Source: Phycisphaerae bacterium
GTDB taxonomy: Bacteria > Planctomycetota > Phycisphaerae > UBA1845 > Fen-1342
Assembly: GCA_050115495.1 (NCBI GenBank)
Contig: JASFQK010000033.1
Location: forward strand, 1-64,000
Length of the DNA stretch: 64,000 bases
Reading direction: 5' to 3'
The notes beneath the pieces were generated by a model. It was not told where the DNA came from and ran no database searches. It saw only the letters and a program-made list of their open reading frames with translations. Made by a program: the position numbers and the translations under genes. Shown here piece by piece: positions 1 to 9,523 of this stretch. Each line of letters starts with the position of its first letter. Position 1 is the first letter of the stretch.

Positions 1-1
1 C

Positions 2-268
2 CATTACGGCGTAACCGACGACGCCTGGACCGGCTTAGCCCGGCGAATCGTCTTCGCCGCCGGCCAGTACTTCACGCAGCGTTACGCCATCTGGAAGCAA
101 AACGGCCGCCAGCCGGCGTCACCTCCCGCCAACCACCCCCAGCCGCCGCCACGCTCCTGGCCCGCGCGCCTCCTCGCCACCCTCCTACCCCGCCGACAAC
201 CGCCCCCAACGCCCACCATCTCCACCAGGAGATCAACCCGCCGCAAACGCGCGAATCGACAAACGTAG
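2..268 (+). CDS. 3' end of a gene entering from the left edge, product unknown
   Basis: Frame 2 is open from the window edge (HYGVTDDAWTGLARRIVFAAGQYFTQRYAIW...) to TAG at 266-268 and converges on the ROK gene. Confidence 0.4.
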   Translation, partial: HYGVTDDAWTGLARRIVFAAGQYFTQRYAIWKQNGRQPASPPANHPQPPPRSWPARLLATLLPRRQPPPTPTISTRRSTRRKRANRQT

Positions 269-318
269 GGCGGCCCGTGCCCGCCAACCCGCACTGCGGC
301 GGGTACGGCGGTGCCGCC

Positions 319-1221
319 TTAACTGCCCTCGCCGCGCAGCGCCAGCAGCGCCGCACCGATCACGCCCGCTTCATCCGTCGGCAGCGGGGCGCGCTCGAGG
401 CGCAGGGCGGGCGGCGTCAGGCGGGTCTGATAACGCGAGAAGGCCGCGCGGGTGGCGGCGAGCAGTTCGGGATGATGGTCGATGACGCCGCCGCCGAGGG
501 CGACGGCATCCGGCGCGTAGATGTGCACGAGCTGGGCGATGCCGATGGCCAGCGCCCGGGCGGCGCGGGCCACGACGTGCAGGGGCAGCGGCTCGTCGGC
601 GGTCGGGTCGCCCTCCGCGTCGCCGACGGCCCGCAGCAATGCCGGGCCGGCGACGAACGCCGACAGGCTGCCCGGCAGACTGTTCTCGCCGACCGGGGCT
701 TCGGGCGATGTATCGACGATGAGGAAGCCGAAGTGTCCGCCGCCGCCGCGAGTGTGCCGGACGATCGCGCCATCGAGCAGCACGCCGCCGCCGACGCCGG
801 TACCGAGCGACAGGTACACGAGCCGGGCCGGCCGGCGGTCGAGGCGCAACCATTGCGCCCACATGGCCGCGTTGACGTCGGTTTCGAGGTGGACGAGCCG
901 ATCGAGCGCGCCGGTCAGCAGCGCGGGCAGGTTCACGCCTTCGAGCTCGGGCAGGTTGATCGCCCGCTGCATGACGCCGGTCGCGCGGTCCCACACGCCG
1001 GGCAGGGCCACGCCGGCGACGGCGGGTGGTGTGGCGGCGTGGCGGGAGACTTCCCGGGCGCGGTCGGCGAGGAGGCGAGTGAGGGCGTCGGGCTCACCGC
1101 CGGGCGGAAGCGGTGCGTCGGTGCGCGCCAGCGCTTCCCCGTCGGCGGTGACCAGTCCCACCCGGACGCGGGTTCCGCCGATGTCGATGCCGAGCGCGGT
1201 TGTGGTGTCCGGAGGGGCCAT
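319..1221 (-). CDS. ROK family sugar kinase (glucokinase-like)
   Basis: LGIDIGGT phosphate-1 motif, ETDVNAA, LSLGTGVGGG, GHFGF and AGVIGAA. ATG at 1221 chosen over the ORF-track start at 1251. Confidence 0.9.
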   Translation of the reverse strand: MAPPDTTTALGIDIGGTRVRVGLVTADGEALARTDAPLPPGGEPDALTRLLADRAREVSRHAATPPAVAGVALPGVWDRATGVMQRAINLPELEGVNLPALLTGALDRLVHLETDVNAAMWAQWLRLDRRPARLVYLSLGTGVGGGVLLDGAIVRHTRGGGGHFGFLIVDTSPEAPVGENSLPGSLSAFVAGPALLRAVGDAEGDPTADEPLPLHVVARAARALAIGIAQLVHIYAPDAVALGGGVIDHHPELLAATRAAFSRYQTRLTPPALRLERAPLPTDEAGVIGAALLALRGEGS

Positions 1222-1259
1222 TGTCGTGGGCCTTGTCGCGGCGCAGTACACGTCGGTGC

Positions 1260-1568
1260 CACTGGTGGCTTGTCCACCAGTGCCATTGCTGTTCGGCGTT
1301 CGACGTCGGCCACGGGGGGCCGACGCTACGTTCGCGGTCGTGCGCTCTTCGGCGGTCGCCGGCCGACACGGAGGTCGGCCGCTACGGGACGCGTGTGTGG
1401 CATGCCGAAGCGCAGCGCCGGCATGTTCCTCCTGACGCGAAGGAAAGACATGCCGGCGCCTAAGGCTTCAGCATGCCACACTCCGGCTCATGGCTCATGG
1501 CCCGCCAAAGACGTCCGGTACGGAGCCCGGACGCTACGGTACGGCCGACACGGAGATCGGCCGCTACG
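1260..1568. repeat. Cluster of REP-like palindromes: four 27-nt CGTAG+hairpin units plus a second palindrome family
   Basis: Units at 1304-1330, 1360-1386, 1512-1538 and 1542-1568 read CGTAG-[7-8 bp stem]-loop-[stem] on the minus strand. An inverted pair GTGTGGCATGCCGAAG...GCCGGCATGT lies at 1395-1426 and 1448-1481, with another hairpin at 1260-1282. Confidence 0.8.
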
Positions 1569-2039
1569 CTAGCCGGCGATCTCGAAGGTCACGTCGACTT
1601 CGGCCGTGGCGTCCAGCGGCAGCGAGGCGACGCCGACGGCGGCGCGGGCGTGCTTGCCGGCTTCGCCGAAGACGTCCGCCAGCAGATCGCTCGCCCCGTT
1701 GGCCACCTTATGCGGCTCGGTGAAACCCTCGCCGGCGGCGACGTACACGACGACCTTCAGCACGCGCGCCAGGCGATCCACACCGCCGGCCGCCTCCGCC
1801 CCGACGGCGATGGCGTTGAGCGCACAGAGCCGGGCGGCCTGCTGGGCGTCCTCGATCGTGCGGCCGCCGGGTCCGCCGACCTTGCCGACGAAAGCGACCT
1901 TGCCGTCCTTCAGCGGCACCTGCCCGCTCAGCAACAGCATGTTGCCCAGACGCGTGGCCGGTACATACGCACCCACCGGAGCGGCCGCCCCCGGTAGTGT
2001 CAGGTTCAGTTCCTTCAGACGTTCACTCGGCTTGCTCAT
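1569..2039 (-). CDS. RidA/YjgF/UK114 family protein
   Basis: LP.AAAPVGAYVP, SGQVP, VANGASDLL..VFGE.GKHARAAVGVASLP. ATG at 2039 overlaps the scpA end. Confidence 0.9.
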   Translation of the reverse strand: MSKPSERLKELNLTLPGAAAPVGAYVPATRLGNMLLLSGQVPLKDGKVAFVGKVGGPGGRTIEDAQQAARLCALNAIAVGAEAAGGVDRLARVLKVVVYVAAGEGFTEPHKVANGASDLLADVFGEAGKHARAAVGVASLPLDATAEVDVTFEIAG

Positions 2040-2958
2040 CGGCAGGCTCCATTCCGCCGTCCGGCGGTGATTCAGGGAAATCAGACACGGGTTCATCGTC
2101 CTCGCCCGGAACGGAATCCATCTCGGCAGCAGCCAGCGACGGCCCCGCAGCTTCGGGCGCGGACGCCTCCATCTCAGTAGCTTCGGGTGAAGCGAACTCC
2201 GGCTCGGCCAGCTCCTCTTCCGGCGGCAGCTCCGGCTCCTCTTCGAGCAGGAACAGGTAGATCGTGCCGAAGTTGCGGTCCTGCTCGGCGCGGACACGCT
2301 TCGAGCGGACCAGTTCGAGCAGGGCCAGGAACCGCCCCACGACCGTGCCGCGGTCGTGCTGGCCGTCGAAGAGGTCGCGGAAGGTCGTCGGCCCCTCCTG
2401 TTGGAGGATGGCGACGATCTCGGCGGCGTTGAGCTCGATCGGTGTCTCTTCGTACTGCAGGACACGTCCGCCGGGCCCCTGCCCGATCGCCGTCATCACG
2501 CGGTTGAACGCGTCGAGCAGGTCCCAGACCTGGGCCTCTTCGAGGTCGATGCCCTGCAAGTCGGGCGGGAGATCGGCGGGCTTGCGCACGTAGCGCTTGG
2601 CCCGGTCGTCGGCGGCGCTGCCCAGCGAGCGGGCCGCGTCCTTGAAACGCTTGTATTCCAGCAACTGCCGGACCAGCGACGAGCGCGGATCCTCGTCCTC
2701 GCCGTCCAGCGCTTCGAGCGGCGGCGTCGGCAGCAGGGCCCGCGATTTGATCTCCAGCAGCGTGGCCGCCATCACCAGGAAGTCGCCCGCTGTGTTGGGG
2801 TCGAGTTCCTCGAGCATCTTCACATAAGTGATGTACTGCTCGGTCACCCGGGCGATGGGGATGTCCTGAATATCGAGCTCGTCCCGCCGGATCAGGTACA
2901 AAAGCAGATCCAGCGGACCGGTGAAGACGTCGAGTTGCACGCGATACGGTTCGGACAC
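2023..2958 (-). CDS. scpA: Segregation and condensation protein A
   Basis: FTGPLDLLLYLIRRDELDI, FLVMAATLLEIKSRALLP, FLALLEL. GTG start inferred at 2958. Confidence 0.92.
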   Translation of the reverse strand: MSEPYRVQLDVFTGPLDLLLYLIRRDELDIQDIPIARVTEQYITYVKMLEELDPNTAGDFLVMAATLLEIKSRALLPTPPLEALDGEDEDPRSSLVRQLLEYKRFKDAARSLGSAADDRAKRYVRKPADLPPDLQGIDLEEAQVWDLLDAFNRVMTAIGQGPGGRVLQYEETPIELNAAEIVAILQQEGPTTFRDLFDGQHDRGTVVGRFLALLELVRSKRVRAEQDRNFGTIYLFLLEEEPELPPEEELAEPEFASPEATEMEASAPEAAGPSLAAAEMDSVPGEDDEPVSDFPESPPDGGMEPADEQAE

Positions 2959-3037
2959 GGCGATCTCGGTGGCGTGCGGTCTGGAGGCCCCGGGGCACGC
3001 CCGCGGTCCGGGGCTGGATGGGCGGCGCGAGCGGCGC

Positions 3038-4009
3038 TTAGTCCAGGGCCTGGACGATACCGCAGGCCTCGCGGGCCTCGGCCATGACCTGGCGGGCCAC
3101 GGCGCGGGCTCGGCGGCCGCCGTCGCGCAGTATATCCTCGACGTCGTCGGGGCGGGCGGCCCAGGCCTGTCGCGCTTCCCGCTTCGGACCAAACGTCGCC
3201 TCGTACAGCTCGGCCAGGCGCTTCTTGGCCTCGCCGTAGCCCATGCCGCCGGCGCGGTAGCGCTGCTCCCACTCGGCCACTTCCTCGGGCTCAGCGAGCA
3301 GCTTCAGCAGGGCGAAGACCGTGCACGTCTCGGGGTTCTTGGGGTCCTCGACGGGCGTGCTGTCGGTCTTGATGCCCATGATTTTCTTCTTCGTGACCTT
3401 GGGCTCGCCGAAGAGCTCGATGATGTTGCCGTAGCTCTTGCTCATCTTCTGGCCGTCGGTGCCCGGGAGGACGGGCGTCTCGTTCAGCCGCGGCTCCGGG
3501 CGGATAAAGACCTCGCCGTACGTCTGGTTGAAATAGCCGGCCATGTCCTGGGCCATCTCGATGTGCTGGACCTGGTCGCGGCCGACGGGGACGAGGTTGC
3601 TGCGATAGATGAGGATGTCGGCGGCCATCAGCACGGGATAGCAGAACAGGCCGAGGTTGACGGCCATGCCCTTGGCGCTCTTGTCTTTGAACGAGTGGGC
3701 CCGTTCGAGCAGCCCCTTGCCGGTGACCGTGGCCAGCAGCCAGGTCAGCTCGGTGACCTCGGGGACGTCGCTCTGGCGGAAGAACCTCACCTTCGCCGGG
3801 TCGAGCCCCATGGTCAGGTAGTCCAGGGCGACGTTGAGCGTGAGCTGCCGCAGCAGGGCAGCGTCGTTGATCGACGTCAGCGAATGGTAATTGGCGATGA
3901 AGAAGAAGCACTCGTGCTCATGCTGGAGCTCGAGGTGCTGCTTCATGGCGCCGAAGAAGTTGCCCAGGTGCAGGGCGCCCGTAGGCTGAATTCCGGACAA
4001 AACGCGCAT
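3038..4009 (-). CDS. trpS: Tryptophanyl-tRNA synthetase
   Basis: SGIQPTG..HLGN, YPVLMAADIL, VPVGRDQVQH, KMSKS. Confidence 0.97.
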   Translation of the reverse strand: MRVLSGIQPTGALHLGNFFGAMKQHLELQHEHECFFFIANYHSLTSINDAALLRQLTLNVALDYLTMGLDPAKVRFFRQSDVPEVTELTWLLATVTGKGLLERAHSFKDKSAKGMAVNLGLFCYPVLMAADILIYRSNLVPVGRDQVQHIEMAQDMAGYFNQTYGEVFIRPEPRLNETPVLPGTDGQKMSKSYGNIIELFGEPKVTKKKIMGIKTDSTPVEDPKNPETCTVFALLKLLAEPEEVAEWEQRYRAGGMGYGEAKKRLAELYEATFGPKREARQAWAARPDDVEDILRDGGRRARAVARQVMAEAREACGIVQALD

Positions 4010-4137
4010 ACACATCTCCCACGCGAGCACCGCCCGGCCCGCGCGGTGCCGGCCCGGACGATCCTGACGAACCTGGACAGTAGAGCATGCGGCCGCGCAT
4101 CCGACAAGTCGCCACCCGGCGCCGGTCCCGCGGAGGG

Positions 4138-5202
4138 CTACGGCGCCTGGCCGCTCTTGAATTGCCGGGCGGCACGCTCGATCTCGGCGCGGACCGCCGG
4201 ATCGACCTGCTCCGCCTGCCGGCGGGCCTCGGCTTCGAGGGCGGCGACCTCTTCCGGGGAGAAGTGCTCGTCGATCGCCGCCTGCATCTCCGCCTGCCGG
4301 GCGACGAGGACGGTCTGCAGCTTATCGTCGGCGAGGATCTGGCGGGCCTGGGCGCTGTTGAGCAGCGTCGCCAGATCGTTCTGCTCCATGGCCGCCATGA
4401 GGTTCGGGTCGGAGGTGATGGCGTCGACGTGTCGGCGGACCTCGGGCAGGTTGGTGATTTGCCGCAGCCGGCCGTCCTGCACCGCCGCCCAGACGCGGGC
4501 CGGGTTCGCCCCGAGTTCCGCCAGCACCGCCGCCTTGCGGACCGCGGGCACCTTCGCCAGCGGGTTATCACGCACGAGCCACTGGCCGGCGGGGTCCTCG
4601 CGCACCACCGCCGTCGCTTCGGCTAGCGTGTCCAGCAAAACGCGCGGAGCGCTCTGCACGCCCGGCGGCAGCTGGGCGCGCAATACCGCCAGCGGCTTGG
4701 CAAAAACCGCCAGCATCCAGCAGCAGACGACAACCAGCGCCACGCCCTCCCCCGCTCCCAACGCCGCCCCGGCGACGTGGTTGATCCCGTTTAACACGGG
4801 CCGCTTGCGGATCAGCCGCTGCACGCCCCCGCTGAGTATCCCGGCCAGAACCAGGGCCACGATCGCCATCAGCGCGTAGCCGGCAACGGGCACCATTGCT
4901 GGCGGGACGTTGACCAGGCTGCTGAGGAGCGTGCCGAGCTGGATGGCGAAAACCGGCGCAGCCCAGGCGGCCACGATCAGCATGGCGATGCGCAGAACGT
5001 GTCGCGCGCCGCCGTCCCAGTCCCCCAGCAGGCACAGGGGCAGGGCGCATAGTGTCGCCGCCCGGATCACCGGACCGCCGAACGTGAAGCCCAGCACCAG
5101 CGCCAGGTACAACAGAATGCGAAACACGCCCACAAAGCGGGGCGTGCGCCGCCACTCGACCGGTTGGGTGCCGTTCTGCGGACCCTCGGTGGCCGTCATC
5201 AT
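4138..5202 (-). CDS. Membrane protein with CvpA-like (colicin V production) region and helical C-terminus
   Basis: Several TM helices. LNGINHVAGAALGAGEG resembles the CvpA DRxxGxxFGxxxG motif. Confidence 0.6.
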   Translation of the reverse strand: MMTATEGPQNGTQPVEWRRTPRFVGVFRILLYLALVLGFTFGGPVIRAATLCALPLCLLGDWDGGARHVLRIAMLIVAAWAAPVFAIQLGTLLSSLVNVPPAMVPVAGYALMAIVALVLAGILSGGVQRLIRKRPVLNGINHVAGAALGAGEGVALVVVCCWMLAVFAKPLAVLRAQLPPGVQSAPRVLLDTLAEATAVVREDPAGQWLVRDNPLAKVPAVRKAAVLAELGANPARVWAAVQDGRLRQITNLPEVRRHVDAITSDPNLMAAMEQNDLATLLNSAQARQILADDKLQTVLVARQAEMQAAIDEHFSPEEVAALEAEARRQAEQVDPAVRAEIERAARQFKSGQAP

Positions 5203-5358
5203 GTCCGTCCCCTTTCTGTGTCTACTCAATCATGCGTATCGCAAACGCGCATGTGCAACCGGGAAGCCGTGTTCCGCTTCCCGCGGCTGGCGACGGGCCG
5301 GTAAGATGCGGCCATGGTGGCAGCGGGCGACCGTAGAAAGCGACGCGAGCGAGGGCGG

Positions 5359-7365
5359 ATGTCCGGTACGGCCGAACGTCCGACTCGGCCGCCGACCGTC
5401 GATCGCTGGAACGGGCGGGACGTGCTGCTCTTTGCGCTGATCGTGCTCGTGGCGCTCGGCCTGCGCGTGATCTACGACCTCCAGCTCCGCCACAGCCCGC
5501 TCTTCGCCGACCCGAGCATGGACGAGCTGTACCACGACCAGTGGGGGCAGGCTATCGCCGCCGGCCGGTCGTTCGTGGACGGGCCGTACTTCCGGGCGCC
5601 GCTCTATCCGGCGATGCTGGGACTGGTGTACAGCGTGTTCGGGCACAGCTACCTGGCGCCGCGGATGGTGCAGGCGGTGCTTGGCGCGATCAGTTGTGGG
5701 CTGGTCTTCGTTATCGGGCGTCGACTCTTCGGGCGGGCGGTGGCGGCCGTGGCCGGCTTTGCGGCGGCGAGCTATTGGATTCTCATCTATTTCGATGGCG
5801 AACTGCTCATCCCGCCGCTCATCGTCCCGCTCGACCTGCTACTCATCTGGCTGCTGCTGCGCGCGGAGCGATCGTCGGGCGTAGTCATTTTCGCGGTTTG
5901 CGGCGTCGTCCTCGGTCTGTCGGCGATCGCCCGGCCGAACGTGCTGCTGTTCGGGCCGGCGATCGTGCTGTGGTTGCTGATCCGGTTTCGCCGGCAGTGG
6001 CGGCGAGCGCTGCTGCATGCGGCGTGTGTCACCGCCGGCTGCCTTCTGGTCGTGCTGCCGATCACGATCCGGAACTGGGTCGTGGGCAAGGACCTGGTGC
6101 TGATCGCCTCGCAGGGTGGGGTGAACTTCTACATCGGCAACAACCCGCAGACCGATGGGGCGACGGCCATCGTGCCCGGAACGCCCGCCGGCTGGTGGGA
6201 GGGTTACCGCGCCGCGATCGCTCGGGCGGAAGCGGCCCGTGGGGGGAAGCTCAAGGCGTCGGAGGTCTCGGATTACTACTACGACGAGGCGTGGGCGTTC
6301 ATCCGCAACGAGCCCGGGCGCTGGCTTTCGCTGATGGTCCGCAAGCTGCGGCTGTTCTGGGGCGCGTGGGAGATCTCGAACAACAAGGGGATCTACTTCT
6401 GGAGCGAGCAGTTTACGCCGGTGCTGACGTGGCTGCCGCTGAACTTCGCCTTGGTCGGGCCGGCGGGCATTCTCGGGCTGGTGCTGTGCTGGCGCCGGCG
6501 GGGAGAGCTCTTCCCGCTGTGGGGCTTCGTGCTGGTGTACATGGTCAGCGTCGTGCTCTTCTTCTGCACGGCGCGCTACCGCGTGCCGCTGCTGCCGCTG
6601 CTGATTCTGCTCGGCACATACGCCGGCTTCAGCGTGGTGAAGGCGGTACGGTCTCAGCGGTGGCTGGCCGTCGCCGGGCAGGGAGTCGTGCTGGTGCTGG
6701 CGGCGACGCTGGTTCTGACCACGCCGGGCGGTGAGCGAGCCCGCGACGACGCCCAGGACTACGTGCAACTGGGGCGGCGTTACCAGCGGTTGGGGGAGAG
6801 CGACCGGGCCGCGGAGTGTTATGCGAAGGCGGTGAAGCTCGCCCCCGACTTCGTAACCGCCCGCTCCAAGTACGGCACACTGCTGGCGCAAACGGGACAT
6901 CTACCCGAGGCGATCGAGCAGCTCCAGCAGGCGCTGGCCACCGGCCAGCTCCGCCCTGGCGAGACGAAACAAACGCTCGCCCGCGTACACACGAATCTGG
7001 CCACTGCCCTGACGGACAGCGGCTCGCCGGCCGAGGGTGTCGAGCATTATCGCCAGGCGCTCGAATTGGATCCGGCCGGCGCGGAGGACTACGTCCAATT
7101 CAAACTCGGACTGGCGCTCGTGAAGTTGGATCGGTTGGAAGAGGCGGTGTCGGCGTTCGAGAAGGCACTCGCCATCTCGCCATACCCGCTGCTGGTTCTG
7201 GATCAGCTCAGTGCGGCGCTGGCCCGGTTGGGTGAGTACGAGCGGGCGGCGGAACTGGCGCGCCGGGCGATCGACCTCGCCGAGTCGTCTCGAGAGCCGG
7301 CAGAGCCTGACCTGTTGGACTCCCTCCGCGAGCGTTTGGAGCGTTACGAATCCGGCCAGCCGTAG
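5359..7365 (+). CDS. ArnT/PMT-like (GT-C) membrane glycosyltransferase with C-terminal TPRs
   Basis: MDELYH loop, FRAPLYP, ARPN, NFYIGNNP, RYRVP, many TM helices and TPR-like C-terminal helices. Confidence 0.85.
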   Translation: MSGTAERPTRPPTVDRWNGRDVLLFALIVLVALGLRVIYDLQLRHSPLFADPSMDELYHDQWGQAIAAGRSFVDGPYFRAPLYPAMLGLVYSVFGHSYLAPRMVQAVLGAISCGLVFVIGRRLFGRAVAAVAGFAAASYWILIYFDGELLIPPLIVPLDLLLIWLLLRAERSSGVVIFAVCGVVLGLSAIARPNVLLFGPAIVLWLLIRFRRQWRRALLHAACVTAGCLLVVLPITIRNWVVGKDLVLIASQGGVNFYIGNNPQTDGATAIVPGTPAGWWEGYRAAIARAEAARGGKLKASEVSDYYYDEAWAFIRNEPGRWLSLMVRKLRLFWGAWEISNNKGIYFWSEQFTPVLTWLPLNFALVGPAGILGLVLCWRRRGELFPLWGFVLVYMVSVVLFFCTARYRVPLLPLLILLGTYAGFSVVKAVRSQRWLAVAGQGVVLVLAATLVLTTPGGERARDDAQDYVQLGRRYQRLGESDRAAECYAKAVKLAPDFVTARSKYGTLLAQTGHLPEAIEQLQQALATGQLRPGETKQTLARVHTNLATALTDSGSPAEGVEHYRQALELDPAGAEDYVQFKLGLALVKLDRLEEAVSAFEKALAISPYPLLVLDQLSAALARLGEYERAAELARRAIDLAESSREPAEPDLLDSLRERLERYESGQP

Positions 7366-7514
7366 CGCATCGCTCTCCAGAGACGTGACGGCGTAACAGC
7401 CCTCCGCGTCATCCCCCCCGTTTCTCGCCAGGATCGCCCGTTGCCAACTTCTGACTTCTGTCTCCTCTCTTTTGCCTTCTTGCGACCCCTCGCTCCCGCC
7501 CTTAGCATCGCGAG

Positions 7515-8111
7515 ATGAACACGAACAACCTTCACCACGCCGTCGCCGTTCCCGCCGACCGCCGGTACGCAGGCCTCTGCGTCTCCGCGGCGGGCGTTCT
7601 TCTCTTCGCGCTACTGACGATGGTCGGGGCCAGCATCGCGATTCCGCTGCCGGGAACGCCGGTGCCGATCACGCTTCAGACGTTCTTCGTGTTGATGGCC
7701 GGGCTCACGCTGGGGCCGCGGCTGGGCACGGCGAGCATGGTGTTCTACCTGCTGCTCGGTGCCACAGGCTACCACGTGTTCGCCCTGGGCAGCGCCGGGC
7801 TACCGACGATGCTGGGTTCGACCGGCGGCTACATGCTCGGCTTCGTGCTGGCGCAGCCGTTGCTGGGCTGGCTGTCACGGCGAGGCACGCGACGGTGGCC
7901 GGTGATTGCCTCGGCGGTGATCGCGGGCGAAGCGATCATCTTCGCGGCGGGCCTCGTGTGGCTGTCGCTGGTGATGCAGACGGGCCTTTGGCGGACGTTC
8001 GAGCTGGGTCTGTGGCCGTTCCTGCCCGGGACAGCGTTGAAGATCGCCCTGGCCATCGCCACCGGGCGGCTCGTAGCCCCCGCCGGGCGTCGCCTCTTCG
8101 ACGCCGCCTGA
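7515..8111 (+). CDS. bioY: Biotin transporter BioY
   Basis: PVPITLQTF, LG.RLG, GSTGGYMLGF, PFLPG..LK. Confidence 0.9.
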   Translation: MNTNNLHHAVAVPADRRYAGLCVSAAGVLLFALLTMVGASIAIPLPGTPVPITLQTFFVLMAGLTLGPRLGTASMVFYLLLGATGYHVFALGSAGLPTMLGSTGGYMLGFVLAQPLLGWLSRRGTRRWPVIASAVIAGEAIIFAAGLVWLSLVMQTGLWRTFELGLWPFLPGTALKIALAIATGRLVAPAGRRLFDAA

Positions 8112-8278
8112 TCGGCGGAACGCAGCGGTTTACGTACGTTTGCAACGCTTCTGATCCGGCGGCCGGCTGAGCCCTGCGGTTGGGCTGCGGTCACGAATAC
8201 GTCGGATCTCTCCTTTCTTCGTGTGCGAAGCAAGAACATCCACTTCGCTCGGCCCCCACTCTCTGGACAAATGGGGTC

Positions 8279-8569
8279 CTAGAGCGCCCCCGTTCCTGCC
8301 GACCCCTTCTTCTGCGCGGTGGATTGCCCGAATACGAAGCCAAGTATTGTCCCGAAGATCGTAATGATGTGTTCGCCGGGTATTGCCTTCAGCAGGGCCA
8401 AACAAGAGCTGGCTACGACTACCCCCACAATAACGATGAGTTTCACTTTGTCCCCAGCCGCCAACGCTTCTGCTGCGCTCGGTATTCTGCTGATTGCGAG
8501 GAACCATACGACGATAACCAGCGCGAGTGCCCCAATCGTGGCAATTACGATCCAGTGCTCCGGGGACAT
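8279..8569 (-). CDS. Small (96 aa) three-TM membrane protein, unknown function
   Basis: GGAGGAG RBS before ATG 8569, hydrophobic segments and a TIFGTILGFVFG motif. Confidence 0.6.
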   Translation of the reverse strand: MSPEHWIVIATIGALALVIVVWFLAISRIPSAAEALAAGDKVKLIVIVGVVVASSCLALLKAIPGEHIITIFGTILGFVFGQSTAQKKGSAGTGAL

Positions 8570-8799
8570 TCTCTCCTCCCGTCCATCATTGCGTGTTCCT
8601 TGTCTTTCACCGCACCGCCGGCGCATGCAAACCGGTGAGGATATCCCGGCTGCACACAGAACACAAACCTGTTCTGTGGAGAGCCCAAAGAGTGTCAGGA
8701 TTTTCTCCGAGGCAGACTCGGCCGTTTCTCCGGCGTCTTCCGCGACCGGCCGCGGGGGCCGAGGCTGGCTTCCAGGCCCAGCCGCAACGAAACACGTTG

Positions 8800-9066
8800 C
8801 TACCACGGCTGTGAGCCGAGCGGCCGGCCATGACTCACGCTGATCCGCGTCGCCCGCAAGTCCCCATTCGTCTCCGCTCGGCTTACCCGCTCGCCCCAGT
8901 TCCGCGGCCGCGTTGGCCCCAAAGGCTCGACCACGACCACTTCTTCGCGCGCTGAAGGAACTGCGCCCGGCGGGGATTGCCCTCTACGTAACGCAGGATC
9001 GTCAGCAGGTGTTCGTCCCGCTCGATGGGACGTGCGTGCCCTTAACCGCCCTCGCCGGACGTGCGG
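8800..9066 (-). pseudogene. Frameshifted remnant of a Y1 HUH (RAYT/IS200-like) transposase
   Basis: Motifs occur in order but in shifting frames: HVRRGRLR (cf. HxWQGRFK), PIERDEHLLTILRYVEGNPRRA (9029-8964), WSWSSL, RPRNWGERVSRAETNGDLRATRISVSHGRPLGSQPW. Confidence 0.75.
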
Positions 9067-9523
9067 CGTCGGTGGCTGCTTCATCGATCGGTCGCCATCG
9101 CCGACAGCAGCGCGGCCGAACCGGCTGATGGGCGGAGGCTACGGCGCCCAACCGGTGCGATCAACCGGCAGAAGGCCCCCTTCTTCCGCAAGGTATTCCG
9201 GAGTGTGTGGCCTCTTCTGCACCCTCTTCCTCTTGTTTTAGCGGCCCGCCGCGCGCCGCTGTGCTCGACCTTCGTTTACGCGTGAGTGTTAAGATTGCAT
9301 GATGATTCTGTGTGGCGTCGGTGTGCCGAACCGGCGAAGTGAGGTTAATTCGTCACAATGCCATGCATTTGGCTACGCCGACGACGGAAAGGTTTGAACT
9401 GCCGTTGGTGAGAGTGTAGGCTGTTCAGGGGAAGGGATTTATGTCCTTGGCGGCTGGGGCTCGCGGTGAGCGCTGCGCCATAGGTCTCCCCCCACTGCAC
9501 CCGATTTGTGTGGAGGTGAAAAG

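Noticed and set aside
1304..1568. Possible CRISPR array
   Set aside because: Units differ in sequence, spacing is irregular and no cas genes are present. REP-like instead.
5254..5269. Possible sigma54 box (CGGCTT-CCCGG-TTGCA, minus strand) before the CvpA-like gene
   Set aside because: GG-N10-GC spacing is right, but the -24 element is poor. Not supportable alone.
9290..9500. Riboswitch or ncRNA in long leaders (also 49900-50230 and 53930-54240)
   Set aside because: No recognisable conserved aptamer by eye. An Rfam/Infernal scan is needed.
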